The notes under the pieces: generated by a model | The model's database searches: none | Told to the model about the DNA's origin: nothing | The model's input: the letters and a program-made list of their open reading frames with translations, nothing else | Origin: Propionibacterium freudenreichii subsp. freudenreichii | GTDB lineage: Bacteria > Actinomycetota > Actinomycetes > Propionibacteriales > Propionibacteriaceae | Reading direction: 5' to 3' | NCBI RefSeq assembly: GCF_000940845.1 | Contig: NZ_CP010341.1 | Coordinates: forward strand, 750,001-782,000 | DNA: 32,000 nt | Shown: piece by piece, positions 10,336 through 18,563 of the stretch | Position numbering within the stretch: the first letter of the stretch is position 1 | How the letters are laid out: each line of letters opens with the position of its first letter | Program-made: the position numbers and the translations under genes

Positions 10336-11331
10336 CCGAGGGCAGCGGCCAGGGCTCCGAGGAGGACCACCACGATGAAGGGGGCCCTCAGCTTCAGGGC
10401 GATCGCCGCCACGAGCAACGACACCAGGCGCGCATCGGGGGTGAGTCGCTGACCCGACGACACCGTGTTCATGATCGTCAACGACGCCAACAGGCCCACC
10501 GTCATCATCTTGGCCAGCGCGATCACCTGCGGACGGTCGAGCACCGAGCGGGGCAGCAGGTATCCGGCGAGCTTGATCACGAACGCCGAGGCGGACGCGA
10601 TGAGCACCCATGCGGTCAGGCTCACGGCGTGGCCCCCTCGTCGGGGTTGCGCCGTCGCCATGGTGTCGCCACTCCCACACCACCGCGGTGACCAGGGCGG
10701 CGATGATCACCGGGATGCCCGGCGGCACGATCGGAATCGTGATCACGGTGATGGCCGCCGAGACCACCGCAATGGCGATCGGGTCGCGCGACTTCAGCCG
10801 TGGCCACAGCAATCCCAGGAAGGCGGCGCAGGCCGCCCCGTCCAGTCCCCATTGCTTCGGGTCGCCCATCGCGTCCCCGGCCAGCGCCCCCACCAGGGTG
10901 AACAGGTTCCACAGCACATAGACGCCGACCCCGGCGGTCCAGAAGCCGCGGTGCTGCTCGGCCAGGATGTCCTGCGAGGTGGCCGTCGCATTGGATTCGT
11001 CGATGGTGATCTGCGCCATCAACGGGATGCGCCGGCTCGAGGGGCGCAGCAGGGCCTTGATCTGCATGCCATAGATGCCGTTGCGGATGCCGAGCATGGT
11101 GGCGGCTCCCCACGCGGCCGCTCCGGTGCCGCCCCCGGCGATCACGCCGATGAAGGCGAACTGGGAGCCCCCGGTGAACATCAGTGCGCTCAGCGCGCAG
11201 GCCTGCCACACGGTGAGCCCGGCAGTGACCGCCAGCGCTCCGAACGAGATGCCGTACATGCCCGTCGCCACGGAGATCGCCAGCCCCATGCGCACAGCAG
11301 GAGTGAGGCGTTCGCGCAGGGGGATGGGCAC
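10252..11331 (-). CDS. azlC: AzlC family branched-chain amino acid permease; only the first ~235 codons are AzlC-like and the ORF runs on across azlD in another frame
   Basis: GISFGALAVTAGL ... MFTGGSQFAFIG ... GIRNGIYG ... is typical AzlC. After about residue 235 the translation becomes Arg/Pro/Gly-rich nonsense. It stops only at a TAG supplied by the 31-bp repeat (10252-10254). Confidence 0.75.
   Translation of the reverse strand: MPIPLRERLTPAVRMGLAISVATGMYGISFGALAVTAGLTVWQACALSALMFTGGSQFAFIGVIAGGGTGAAAWGAATMLGIRNGIYGMQIKALLRPSSRRIPLMAQITIDESNATATSQDILAEQHRGFWTAGVGVYVLWNLFTLVGALAGDAMGDPKQWGLDGAACAAFLGLLWPRLKSRDPIAIAVVSAAITVITIPIVPPGIPVIIAALVTAVVWEWRHHGDGATPTRGPRREPDRMGAHRVRLGVRDQARRIPAAPLGARPSAGDRAGQDDDGGPVGVVDDHEHGVVGSATHPRCAPGVVARGGDRPEAEGPLHRGGPPRSPGRCPRPACRPALVDEPGLPACLSGRARLAGLP
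10314..10661 (-). CDS. azlD: Branched-chain amino acid exporter small subunit AzlD
   Basis: Small hydrophobic protein (SLTAWVLIASASAFVIKLAGYLLPRSVL ...) directly downstream of azlC. The more likely start is GTG at 10625 (about 103 aa) rather than ATG 10661. Confidence 0.8.
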   Translation of the reverse strand: MATAQPRRGGHAVSLTAWVLIASASAFVIKLAGYLLPRSVLDRPQVIALAKMMTVGLLASLTIMNTVSSGQRLTPDARLVSLLVAAIALKLRAPFIVVVLLGALAAALGRLAGLP

Positions 11332-11582
11332 CCGGTCAGGCTAGTGGAAGCCCGCAGGCGACTGCCCCGGGACGGTCGGCTGCTGAGAAATCACGGGGCT
11401 TCCGGGCCGGCCGGGCATCGGGAATCCGCACGGTGACCACCGGTCCATCCCCGGCTCGTGGCGGGCCCGACGAGCCGCCTTGACTATTCTCGAAGACGTG
11501 AAGCTTGAGTCCGCTGCCCAGTCATCCCCCGATGCGGAGGGCCATAGTCCCTCGTCCAGTGTGCAGCTGAGGCGGTGCTGAC

Positions 11583-13103
11583 ATGCCCATCTGGGGCTCT
11601 ATCGCCGTCATCTTCGTCCTGTTCTTCATCGGCGGCGTGTTCTCGGCCGCCGAGATGGCCCTGGTGTCACTGCGCGATGCGCAGATCGAACAGCTGAGCA
11701 CCCGCGGCAAGCGCGGGCGTGCCGTCAAGGAGCTCACCTCCAACCCGAACCGCTTCCTGTCGGCCGTGCAGATCGGCGTCACGCTCGCCGGCTTCCTGTC
11801 ATCGGCCTTCGGCACCGATTCGTTGGCCGGGGCCTGGGTGGCGCCCGCCTTCGCCCGCTGGGGTGTGGCGCCGGGCCTTGCCGGAGTGCTCGCGGTGATC
11901 GTGGTCACCGCGCTGATCTCGTTCTTCTCGATCGTGATCAGCGAGCTGTTCAGCAAGCGCCTTGCGCTGCAGCGTCCCGAGACGATGGCCCTGGTGCTGG
12001 CGCCCATCGTGAACGGGCTGGCCAAGGTCTTCCGTCCCGTGATCTGGGCCCTGGGAGCCAGCACCAATGCGTTGGTGCGCCTGGTCGGCTTCGATCCGAA
12101 GGCCGGCAAGGAGGGCGTCAGCGACGAGGAATTGCGCTCGATGGTGGTCAACGCGCATTCGCTGGGCGCCGAGGAGAAGCACATCGTCGATGAGGTCTTC
12201 AGCGCCGGTGACCGCAGCCTGCGCGAGGTGATGGTGCCGCGCACCGAGGTTGACTTCCTCCCGGGCAATATGACCGTCGACCAGGCGATCCGCGAGGTGC
12301 AGGGCGCCCCGCACAGTCGCTATCCGGTGATCGACGGCTCGCCCGACAGGGTGCTGGGCTTCCTGCACGTGCGCGACCTGATGGGCGTGGGTTCCACGCC
12401 CCGCAACACCCCCATCTCGAAGCTGGTGCGGCCGGTGCTGAGCCTGCCCGAGACCGTCCGGGTGCCCCGGGCCCTGTCGGACATGCGCCGGGCCCATTCG
12501 CACCTGGCGATCGTCCTTGACGAATACGGTGGCACCGCCGGGGTGGTCACCCTGGAAGACCTGGTGGAGGAACTGATCGGCGACATCACCGATGAATACG
12601 ACGTGGTGGACGATGACACCCGCAAGCACCGCCAGCTGTCCGAGATCGATGGCCTGACGACGCTGGAGGACTTCGAGGACGCCACCGGCCATGTGATCCC
12701 CGAGGGCCCCTATGACACGGTGGCCGGATTCTTCATGACCGAGCGCGGCGAGGTCCCCACGGTGGGCGATTCCATCAAGGTCTCCCTCGACTCGGACGCC
12801 CCGGTCTCCGACGACGATGAGGACGAGGAGAAGCTCCGCGGCGACGACTATGAGCTCACCGTCACCCAGATGGACGGACGCCGCATCGCCTGGCTGCGGC
12901 TGCGTGCGCTGTCGGACACAGCCGAGCTCGGCGCAGGCGTCATCGAACCGGCCGCGGCCCAGGCGGCGACCAAGCCCGCCACCGAGCTCGCCGCGGACGG
13001 TGACCCGAACACGGTGGCCCATCTCACCGAGACACTCGCCCGCAACAAGGTGGCCACCGACGTCGGCAAGGCCGACCCGGGCGGCAACGCCCAGCGTCCA
13101 TGA
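11583..13103 (+). CDS. CNNM/CorC-type hemolysin-family protein (DUF21 TM domain + CBS pair + CorC_HlyC domain)
   Basis: The N-terminal DUF21 region reads FFIGGVFSAAEMALVSL. A CBS region (VMVPRTEVDFL ... RYPV ... LAIVLDEYGGTAGVVTLEDLVEELIGDI) and a CorC_HlyC-like region follow, then an acidic/Ala-rich tail. Confidence 0.88.
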   Translation: MPIWGSIAVIFVLFFIGGVFSAAEMALVSLRDAQIEQLSTRGKRGRAVKELTSNPNRFLSAVQIGVTLAGFLSSAFGTDSLAGAWVAPAFARWGVAPGLAGVLAVIVVTALISFFSIVISELFSKRLALQRPETMALVLAPIVNGLAKVFRPVIWALGASTNALVRLVGFDPKAGKEGVSDEELRSMVVNAHSLGAEEKHIVDEVFSAGDRSLREVMVPRTEVDFLPGNMTVDQAIREVQGAPHSRYPVIDGSPDRVLGFLHVRDLMGVGSTPRNTPISKLVRPVLSLPETVRVPRALSDMRRAHSHLAIVLDEYGGTAGVVTLEDLVEELIGDITDEYDVVDDDTRKHRQLSEIDGLTTLEDFEDATGHVIPEGPYDTVAGFFMTERGEVPTVGDSIKVSLDSDAPVSDDDEDEEKLRGDDYELTVTQMDGRRIAWLRLRALSDTAELGAGVIEPAAAQAATKPATELAADGDPNTVAHLTETLARNKVATDVGKADPGGNAQRP

Positions 13104-13139
13104 ATACCCAGCGTCCATGAACATCCAACGCCCATGAAC
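13090..13139. repeat. 17-bp-period tandem repeat, 3 units (plus a partial fourth), seeded by the stop codon of the CNNM gene
   Basis: Units: cccagcgtccatgaata / cccagcgtccatgaacat / ccaacgcccatgaac. TGA occurs at 13101 (the real stop), 13118 and 13135. Confidence 0.85.
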
Positions 13140-13177
13140 CAGCGCCCCCACGAGCTCCGCGTGATGCGGGATCCCGA

Positions 13178-14473
13178 GTGCCGATGAACCTCGAACGACG
13201 TGCGCCACGACGCGAACGCCAGCGTGCCCGCCGTGCGCTGACGCCCGACCCGGACGGCCTGCGCCTGCTGACCAGCACCGACGGCGTCGACTTCGCCCGC
13301 GCCGCCGTCGGCCAGTGCGGCGGCGAGGTAATCTCGGCGCGCCTGGACCACATCGACCACCAGCCCGGCCGCGGCACCAGCGTGCTCTACTCCTGCGATG
13401 TGAACTGGCCCGGTAGCCGTCGCCTCGAGCTGGTGGGGCTCACCTGGCGTGCCGGAGGGCTCAACCCCGCCGACCTGGACGCCGAGGTCTTCCACGATGA
13501 CAACCACGAGGTGGCCGCGTGGATCTATCCCGAGGACCCGGACCTGCCCGGCCTGGCCCGGGCAACGGTCGTCGACCAGGTGCTGGCCCTGCTGCTGGAG
13601 CACCGGCTGGTGCCCGTCTCATGCGACGCCAGCCAACTCAGCCTGCAGATGGTCAGCTATCGTCCCCGTGCCCGGGCGGTGGTGCGGGCCAGCCTGCGCG
13701 CCGCCGGGTCGAACAGGCCCGCGATGGTGTTCTACCTCAAGGCGTTCACCGCCGCTGATGGTCCGCGCGCCCTGCGACGCCTGGAGATGATGGGCCGCGC
13801 CGGGCTTCCCGTGGCCCGCCTGCTGGCCGCCACCGACGACCAGCTGCTGGTGCTGGCGGCGCTCGACGGGCAGCCGATGGCCCACCACATCTTCGACGAA
13901 TCCCCGGCCGTGAGCGGCGATCAGCTGGTCGGCCTGCTGGACGAATTGCCCGCCGGGCTGCTCGACCTGCCACGCCGTCCCGCCTGGGCCGACGCCGTGG
14001 GGCACTACGCCGACATGGTCGCCGGGCAATTGCCGGCCGCCGGCGACCGCGCCCGGGAGGTGGCCCGGGTCGTCGGCGCCGCGGCCGACACGGCACCGGC
14101 CGAGGAACCCACCCATGGCGACTTCCACGAGGGCCAGCTGTTCCTGTCCGGCGGGCGGGTCAGCGGGCTGCTCGACGTCGAGGCGGCAGGTCCCGGGCGG
14201 CGCGTGGATGACCTGGCGTGCATGATCGCCCACCTGAGCACCGTGCAACACATGGATGCGGGCCAGGCCGCCCGCACCGAGGTGTTGATCAGGCGGTTGT
14301 TGGCCTCCTTCGACGCGCGGGTCGACCCGGTGCAGCTGCGGCTGCGCGCAGCCGGCGTCGCCATCTCGCTGGCAAGTGGCCCCTACCAGGAGCAGGCACC
14401 CGATTGGAAGCACCAGACGCTGGGCATCCTGGCGGGGGCGGAGAACCTCATCCGGCGCGCCGAACAGCTCTAG
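13178..14473 (+). CDS. Aminoglycoside-phosphotransferase-fold (APH/ChoK-like) kinase family protein
   Basis: The catalytic-loop motif HGDFHEGQLF and the downstream GLLDVEAAGPGRRVDDLA (metal-binding D) are typical of the APH kinase fold. The start is GTG 13178 or ATG 13184. Confidence 0.75.
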   Translation: MPMNLERRAPRRERQRARRALTPDPDGLRLLTSTDGVDFARAAVGQCGGEVISARLDHIDHQPGRGTSVLYSCDVNWPGSRRLELVGLTWRAGGLNPADLDAEVFHDDNHEVAAWIYPEDPDLPGLARATVVDQVLALLLEHRLVPVSCDASQLSLQMVSYRPRARAVVRASLRAAGSNRPAMVFYLKAFTAADGPRALRRLEMMGRAGLPVARLLAATDDQLLVLAALDGQPMAHHIFDESPAVSGDQLVGLLDELPAGLLDLPRRPAWADAVGHYADMVAGQLPAAGDRAREVARVVGAAADTAPAEEPTHGDFHEGQLFLSGGRVSGLLDVEAAGPGRRVDDLACMIAHLSTVQHMDAGQAARTEVLIRRLLASFDARVDPVQLRLRAAGVAISLASGPYQEQAPDWKHQTLGILAGAENLIRRAEQL

Positions 14474-14500
14474 CGCGAGGATGCCCGGGCCGAGCACCAA

Positions 14501-14560
14501 CCGGCACAGACCGAACCGACACAGACCGACCCGACGCGGCGCGAACAGGCACGGGCCGAC
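14501..14560. repeat. Degenerate 15-bp tandem array, 4 units
   Basis: Units: ccggcacagaccgaa / ccgacacagaccgac / ccgacgcggcgcgaa / caggcacgggccgac. It lies in the spacer between the kinase-like gene and the lipoprotein gene. Confidence 0.8.
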
Positions 14561-14602
14561 GGCCACTGGGGGAGCGGGCCCCGGGTCGGTAGCATCAGGG
14601 CC

Positions 14603-15667
14603 GTGTTGAAGCCCCGCCTGGTTGTCCTTGGTCTGTCGCTCGCGCTCGCGATGGTTGGTTGCGCGAGGACGCCGCCGAGCAGTGGTTCCTCGTCGGCCCA
14701 CGCGCAGGTGAAGGCCTGCCTGGTGTCGGGTGCCAACGGCTTCGATGACAAGGGTGCCAGCCGGGCGGCATCGCAAGGGCTCGACAGGGCCGTCGCCCAG
14801 TTGGGCGTGCAGTCCGACCGGGCCGAGGCCCACTCGGTGGGCGACTATCCGGCGGCCATCCAGTCGATGGTGGGTGCGGGATGCACCTACATCCTCGGCG
14901 CGAGCCCCGACCAGTCCGACGCACTGGCCGCGGCGGCCCGCGCCAACACCGACCTGCATTTCGCGCTGGTGGGGGCCACCAAGCCGGTGAGCGAGAAGAA
15001 CCTGAAGCTCGTGCGCTTCCAGTCCTCCCAGGTCGGTTTCCTGGCCGGCTACCTGGCGGCGGCCAGCAGTTCCAGCGGCACCGTGGGCACCTTCGGGGCC
15101 ACCAATGCCCCCGCGGTCACCCTGTACATGGACGGATTCAGCCAGGGGATCACCTATTTCAACCAGAAGGCGTCCAAGGCGGTGAAACTCGTCGGCTGGA
15201 CGATGGGCTCACAGAGCGGTGACTTCCTGGGCGGGGCCGACCCCTATTCCGACAAGGAGGGAGCCCGCGCCCGGACCGAGGACCTGATCGGTCAGGGCGC
15301 CGATGTGATCATGCCCGTGGCGGGGACTGCCGACACCGGTGCCGTCCAGGCCGTGAACGCCCATCAGGGCACCCGGCTGGTCGGCACGGGCAGCGACCTG
15401 TGCGCCAGCTACGTCGATGCCTGCGCCGCCACACTGGGGACTGCTGCCGCGGGAGTCGACCAGATGGTCTTCGACGCCATCGAGGAGGCGGGCGCCGGCT
15501 TCACGAACACCACGCTGGTGGGCACCCTGGCCAACGGTGGGGTGACGATGGTGGGCGTCGGCAAGGGCGCGCCGGTGGCGCAGAACATCGCGGACGACCT
15601 CACGGCGGTCTCCCAGGGCATCAAGGACGGCTCGATCAAGGTGACCTCGCCGTCCAGCGTGTCCTGA
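14603..15667 (+). CDS. BMP-family (PnrA/Med-like) substrate-binding lipoprotein
   Basis: A signal peptide with the lipobox LAMVGC is followed by the BMP-family pattern (ACLVSGANGFDDKGASRAASQGL ... VGFLAGYLAA ... ). No ABC permease or ATPase genes are adjacent. Confidence 0.82.
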   Translation: MLKPRLVVLGLSLALAMVGCARTPPSSGSSSAHAQVKACLVSGANGFDDKGASRAASQGLDRAVAQLGVQSDRAEAHSVGDYPAAIQSMVGAGCTYILGASPDQSDALAAAARANTDLHFALVGATKPVSEKNLKLVRFQSSQVGFLAGYLAAASSSSGTVGTFGATNAPAVTLYMDGFSQGITYFNQKASKAVKLVGWTMGSQSGDFLGGADPYSDKEGARARTEDLIGQGADVIMPVAGTADTGAVQAVNAHQGTRLVGTGSDLCASYVDACAATLGTAAAGVDQMVFDAIEEAGAGFTNTTLVGTLANGGVTMVGVGKGAPVAQNIADDLTAVSQGIKDGSIKVTSPSSVS

Positions 15668-15738
15668 GCGCCGCCCATCCCCACCGCGGCAGCTCCCGGA
15701 CGCCGGAACCCGGGGTGGCCCGCCGATAGGGTGACGGG

Positions 15739-16770
15739 GTGATCGTCGCTGCAGCAGATGGCTCCTCCCTGAACAATCCCGGCCCGGCCGGCTGGGCGTG
15801 GTTCATCGACAAGGACAACTGGGCGTGCGGGGGATGGCCCCACGGCACCAACAACCGGGGCGAGCTGATGGCATTGCTGCAGCTGCTCACCGCCACCGCG
15901 GGCGCGCCCGATGAGCCGCTCAAGGTGCTGTGCGATTCGCAGTATGTGATCAACTCCGTGACCAAGTGGATGGCCGGCTGGAAGCGTCGCGGCTGGGTGA
16001 AGGCCGACAAGAAGCCGGTGCAGAACGTCGAGTTGCTGAAGGCCATCGACCAGGCGATCACCGGGCGCACCGTCAGCTTCGAATGGGTGAAGGGCCACGC
16101 CGGGCATCCCCTCAACGAGGCGGCCGACACGCTCGCCCACGGCGCGGCCACGGCGTACCAGCAGGGCAAGCTGCCCGATCCCGGGCCGGGATTCCGCGGC
16201 TCGGGGCCGGTCGGGGTGCCGGGAGAGCCGGCACGCGGCAACGCGTCGGGACCAGCACGCGGCGACGCGTCCGAGGCGGCACGTGGCCGGGTCGCGCCGG
16301 AACCGGCGTCCACCCGGGAGCACCGCTCCGTGCTGGGTGCCCCCTCGCCGACGGTTGACCCCGACGCCGAGCCCGACCTGTTCAGCATCGCCGACGATCC
16401 GGCCGATGACTTTGCCGAGGTGGTGCGGGCCGAGCAATCCCTGCTCACTGACGAGGTGCGCTCCGATCCGGCCAGGTTGCGCGTGCTGTTGCACCCTGAT
16501 TTCGTGGAGTACGCGGCCTCGGGGCGCATCTGGACCCGCGCCCGCCTCATGGCCCAGATCGGGCCGTTGCCGCGCAGGGTGACCTTCGAGGTGATGGGCC
16601 AGACCCGCCTGTCGGCGGACACGGTGTTGCTGCGGTGGAAGGCGATCGACTCCGCCTCCACCAGCCTGCGCAGTTCCATCTGGGTGCGCGACGACGCCCT
16701 GGGGCGTCCGCGATGGCGGCTGTTGTTCGCCCAGGGGACGGTGCAGGCCCCCGGCGCACCGAGAACATAG
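15739..16770 (+). CDS. rnhA: RNase HI domain fused to a C-terminal SnoaL/DUF4440-like domain
   Basis: N-terminal type-1 RNase H residues: ADGSSLNNPGPAGWAW, NNRGELMAL, CDSQYV, WVKGHAGHPLNEAAD. A Pro/Gly/Arg linker contains a 24-bp in-frame triplicate (16228-16299). The C-terminal ~110 aa (LLHPDFVEYAASGRIW ... SSIW ... WRLLFAQGT) resemble the DUF4440/NTF2-like fold. Confidence 0.8.
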   Translation: MIVAAADGSSLNNPGPAGWAWFIDKDNWACGGWPHGTNNRGELMALLQLLTATAGAPDEPLKVLCDSQYVINSVTKWMAGWKRRGWVKADKKPVQNVELLKAIDQAITGRTVSFEWVKGHAGHPLNEAADTLAHGAATAYQQGKLPDPGPGFRGSGPVGVPGEPARGNASGPARGDASEAARGRVAPEPASTREHRSVLGAPSPTVDPDAEPDLFSIADDPADDFAEVVRAEQSLLTDEVRSDPARLRVLLHPDFVEYAASGRIWTRARLMAQIGPLPRRVTFEVMGQTRLSADTVLLRWKAIDSASTSLRSSIWVRDDALGRPRWRLLFAQGTVQAPGAPRT

Positions 16771-16846
16771 CGGCACCCCGAACACAGATTGCGCTGGTAT
16801 CGAAGCCTGCCCACCATTCGGGCGCGGGTGAGGCACACTGAGTGCC

Positions 16847-17362
16847 ATGGGGCACACAGTTATCCAGGTGCCGGTACCGGCACTCGAAACGGTCGTGCGA
16901 CCTCATGTCCTGGCATCGCGGCCAGGCGTGAAGCTGCCCGACGACGACGTGGTTTGCGCGCACATCACCCTGTTGGGGCCGTTCGTTGACAAGACGGACG
17001 TCACGGCAGGGCTGGTGACAACGATCCGTCAGGTGTTCAACGACGTCCACCGTTTCGAATTCGAACTCACCGATTTCAGGGGCTTCGCCGACGGGTTGGT
17101 CTATTTGGCGCCCGAGCCGGCCGAGCCGTTCAAGCAACTCACCGAAAGGCTCGTCGAGGCATTTCCTGCGTGGCAGCCATATGGCGGTCAATTCGACGAG
17201 GTGATCCCGCACCTGTCGTTGGGCACCAGCCTTCCCGCCTACGAGATCATGGCCTTGTTGCGCAAGCTTCCCGTGGAGGAGGTGGCCGACAGGGTGACCC
17301 TCACCTGGTGGGGTGACGACGAGATCACCAACCTGGAGGAGTTCCCGCTGCTTGCGGACTGA
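16847..17362 (+). CDS. 2H phosphoesterase superfamily protein (2'-5' RNA ligase / LigT-like)
   Basis: Two H-x-T/S-x motifs (AHITLL and PHLSLG) occur at the expected spacing in a 171-aa protein. Confidence 0.75.
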   Translation: MGHTVIQVPVPALETVVRPHVLASRPGVKLPDDDVVCAHITLLGPFVDKTDVTAGLVTTIRQVFNDVHRFEFELTDFRGFADGLVYLAPEPAEPFKQLTERLVEAFPAWQPYGGQFDEVIPHLSLGTSLPAYEIMALLRKLPVEEVADRVTLTWWGDDEITNLEEFPLLAD

Positions 17363-17384
17363 GCTGCGGGATCTCCCGGCGGGA

Positions 17385-17412
17385 GGTTCCCCGGGGCTGT
17401 TCCCGGGGAACC
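17385..17412. terminator. Hairpin between convergent genes (bidirectional terminator candidate)
   Basis: An 11-bp perfect stem (GGTTCCCCGGG / CCCGGGGAACC) with a 6-nt loop lies between the 2H gene stop (17362) and the hydratase gene stop (17438). Confidence 0.6.
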
Positions 17413-17437
17413 GACCCGGGGAATCATCCTGAGGGGC

Positions 17438-18370
17438 TCAGCCGACGATGGCGCGGGCCTTGTCGGGATCAATGTCCTCGATACGGGCCACCGACCAGTG
17501 GGGCTGGCGGTCCTTGTCCACCAGCTGGGCCCGCACGCCCTCCACGAAGTCGCATTGCGGATCGGGGAGCAGCGCCCGGGCAATGGCGAGGTCCTGGTCG
17601 AGCACATCACCGACGCTGTGGAGCGTGGCTGCGCGACGGATCGCGGCCAGCGACACGGCGACCGACAGGGGGGAACGCGTGCGGATCAGCTCGCCGGCCT
17701 GCACGGCACGCTCATCGCTACTGGCCTCCAGGCGGGTGATGATCTCGCGGGCGTCGTCGCCCACGAAGTAGTCGTCCACCCATGCCAGGTCCAGGTCAGG
17801 CTTGGCGGACATCAGGTCAACCTGGTCGACCAGGCCCGCTGCCAGCGCCGTGTTCGCATCGATCGTGAGCCCGGTCAGGGCCAGCCACGTGCCGATCTCG
17901 CCCGGCAGTCGCGAGAACTCGAACAGCATTCCGACGTCGGGCCACAGCCCAATGCCCACCTCGGGCATCGCCATCGCCAGGTCGGCGGTGGCCACGCGGG
18001 TGGCCCCGTGCATGCCCAATCCCAGTCCGCCCCCCATCGCCACGCCGTGCAGGTGGGTGGTGACGGGCTTGCCGAACTGGGCCACGACGGCGTCCATCGC
18101 GTACTCGTCGGCCAGGAACTCCAGTGCGGACTGCACGCCGTTCTCGATCATCGTGGAGCGCATCCAGCGCACATCGGCGCCCGCGCAATAGGCACGGCCC
18201 TCGCCGCTGATGTCCAGGGCCTGCACGGACGCATCGTCGCGCCAGGCGCTCAGCTGTTCGGTGATCACGGCGATCATCTGGGGCGACAGGGCATTGAGCG
18301 CCGTGGGGCGCATCAGCCGCAGGTAGCCGGTGCCCTCACGCACCTCGAACTGCACATCACCATCGGCCAT
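17438..18370 (-). CDS. Enoyl-CoA hydratase/isomerase family protein (3-hydroxyisobutyryl-CoA hydrolase-like)
   Basis: Crotonase-fold pattern: [15 protein letters not shown] ... AYCAGADV ... [11 protein letters not shown] ... [16 protein letters not shown] 18370 is preceded by GAGGAG. The listed start at 18565 is an extension. Confidence 0.85.
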   Translation of the reverse strand: MADGDVQFEVREGTGYLRLMRPTALNALSPQMIAVITEQLSAWRDDASVQALDISGEGRAYCAGADVRWMRSTMIENGVQSALEFLADEYAMDAVVAQFGKPVTTHLHGVAMGGGLGLGMHGATRVATADLAMAMPEVGIGLWPDVGMLFEFSRLPGEIGTWLALTGLTIDANTALAAGLVDQVDLMSAKPDLDLAWVDDYFVGDDAREIITRLEASSDERAVQAGELIRTRSPLSVAVSLAAIRRAATLHSVGDVLDQDLAIARALLPDPQCDFVEGVRAQLVDKDRQPHWSVARIEDIDPDKARAIVG

Positions 18371-18563
18371 TGGCGTCTCCTCATCTCGTGGCGCCCCGAG
18401 CAGCCGTTGCATGCCCGTGGGCAGATCCGTCTCATCGGCGAGGCTATCGCGCCGGCAGGCGTGCGACCTGCTGCCGGCCCCGCTGGGTCCACGAGCGGCT
18501 GCCGGCCCCGCCGGGCCGCGGGCGTGCGTCGACACCAATGCCGTTCCCACTATTCTGGGGGCC

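Noticed and set aside
11453-11476. A hairpin (GGCTCGT...ACGAGCC) and TTGACT/TATTCT boxes upstream of the CNNM gene as a riboswitch or promoter.
   Set aside because: There is no match to any riboswitch consensus I can recognise. The -35/-10 spacing does not fit, and there is too little evidence from sequence alone.
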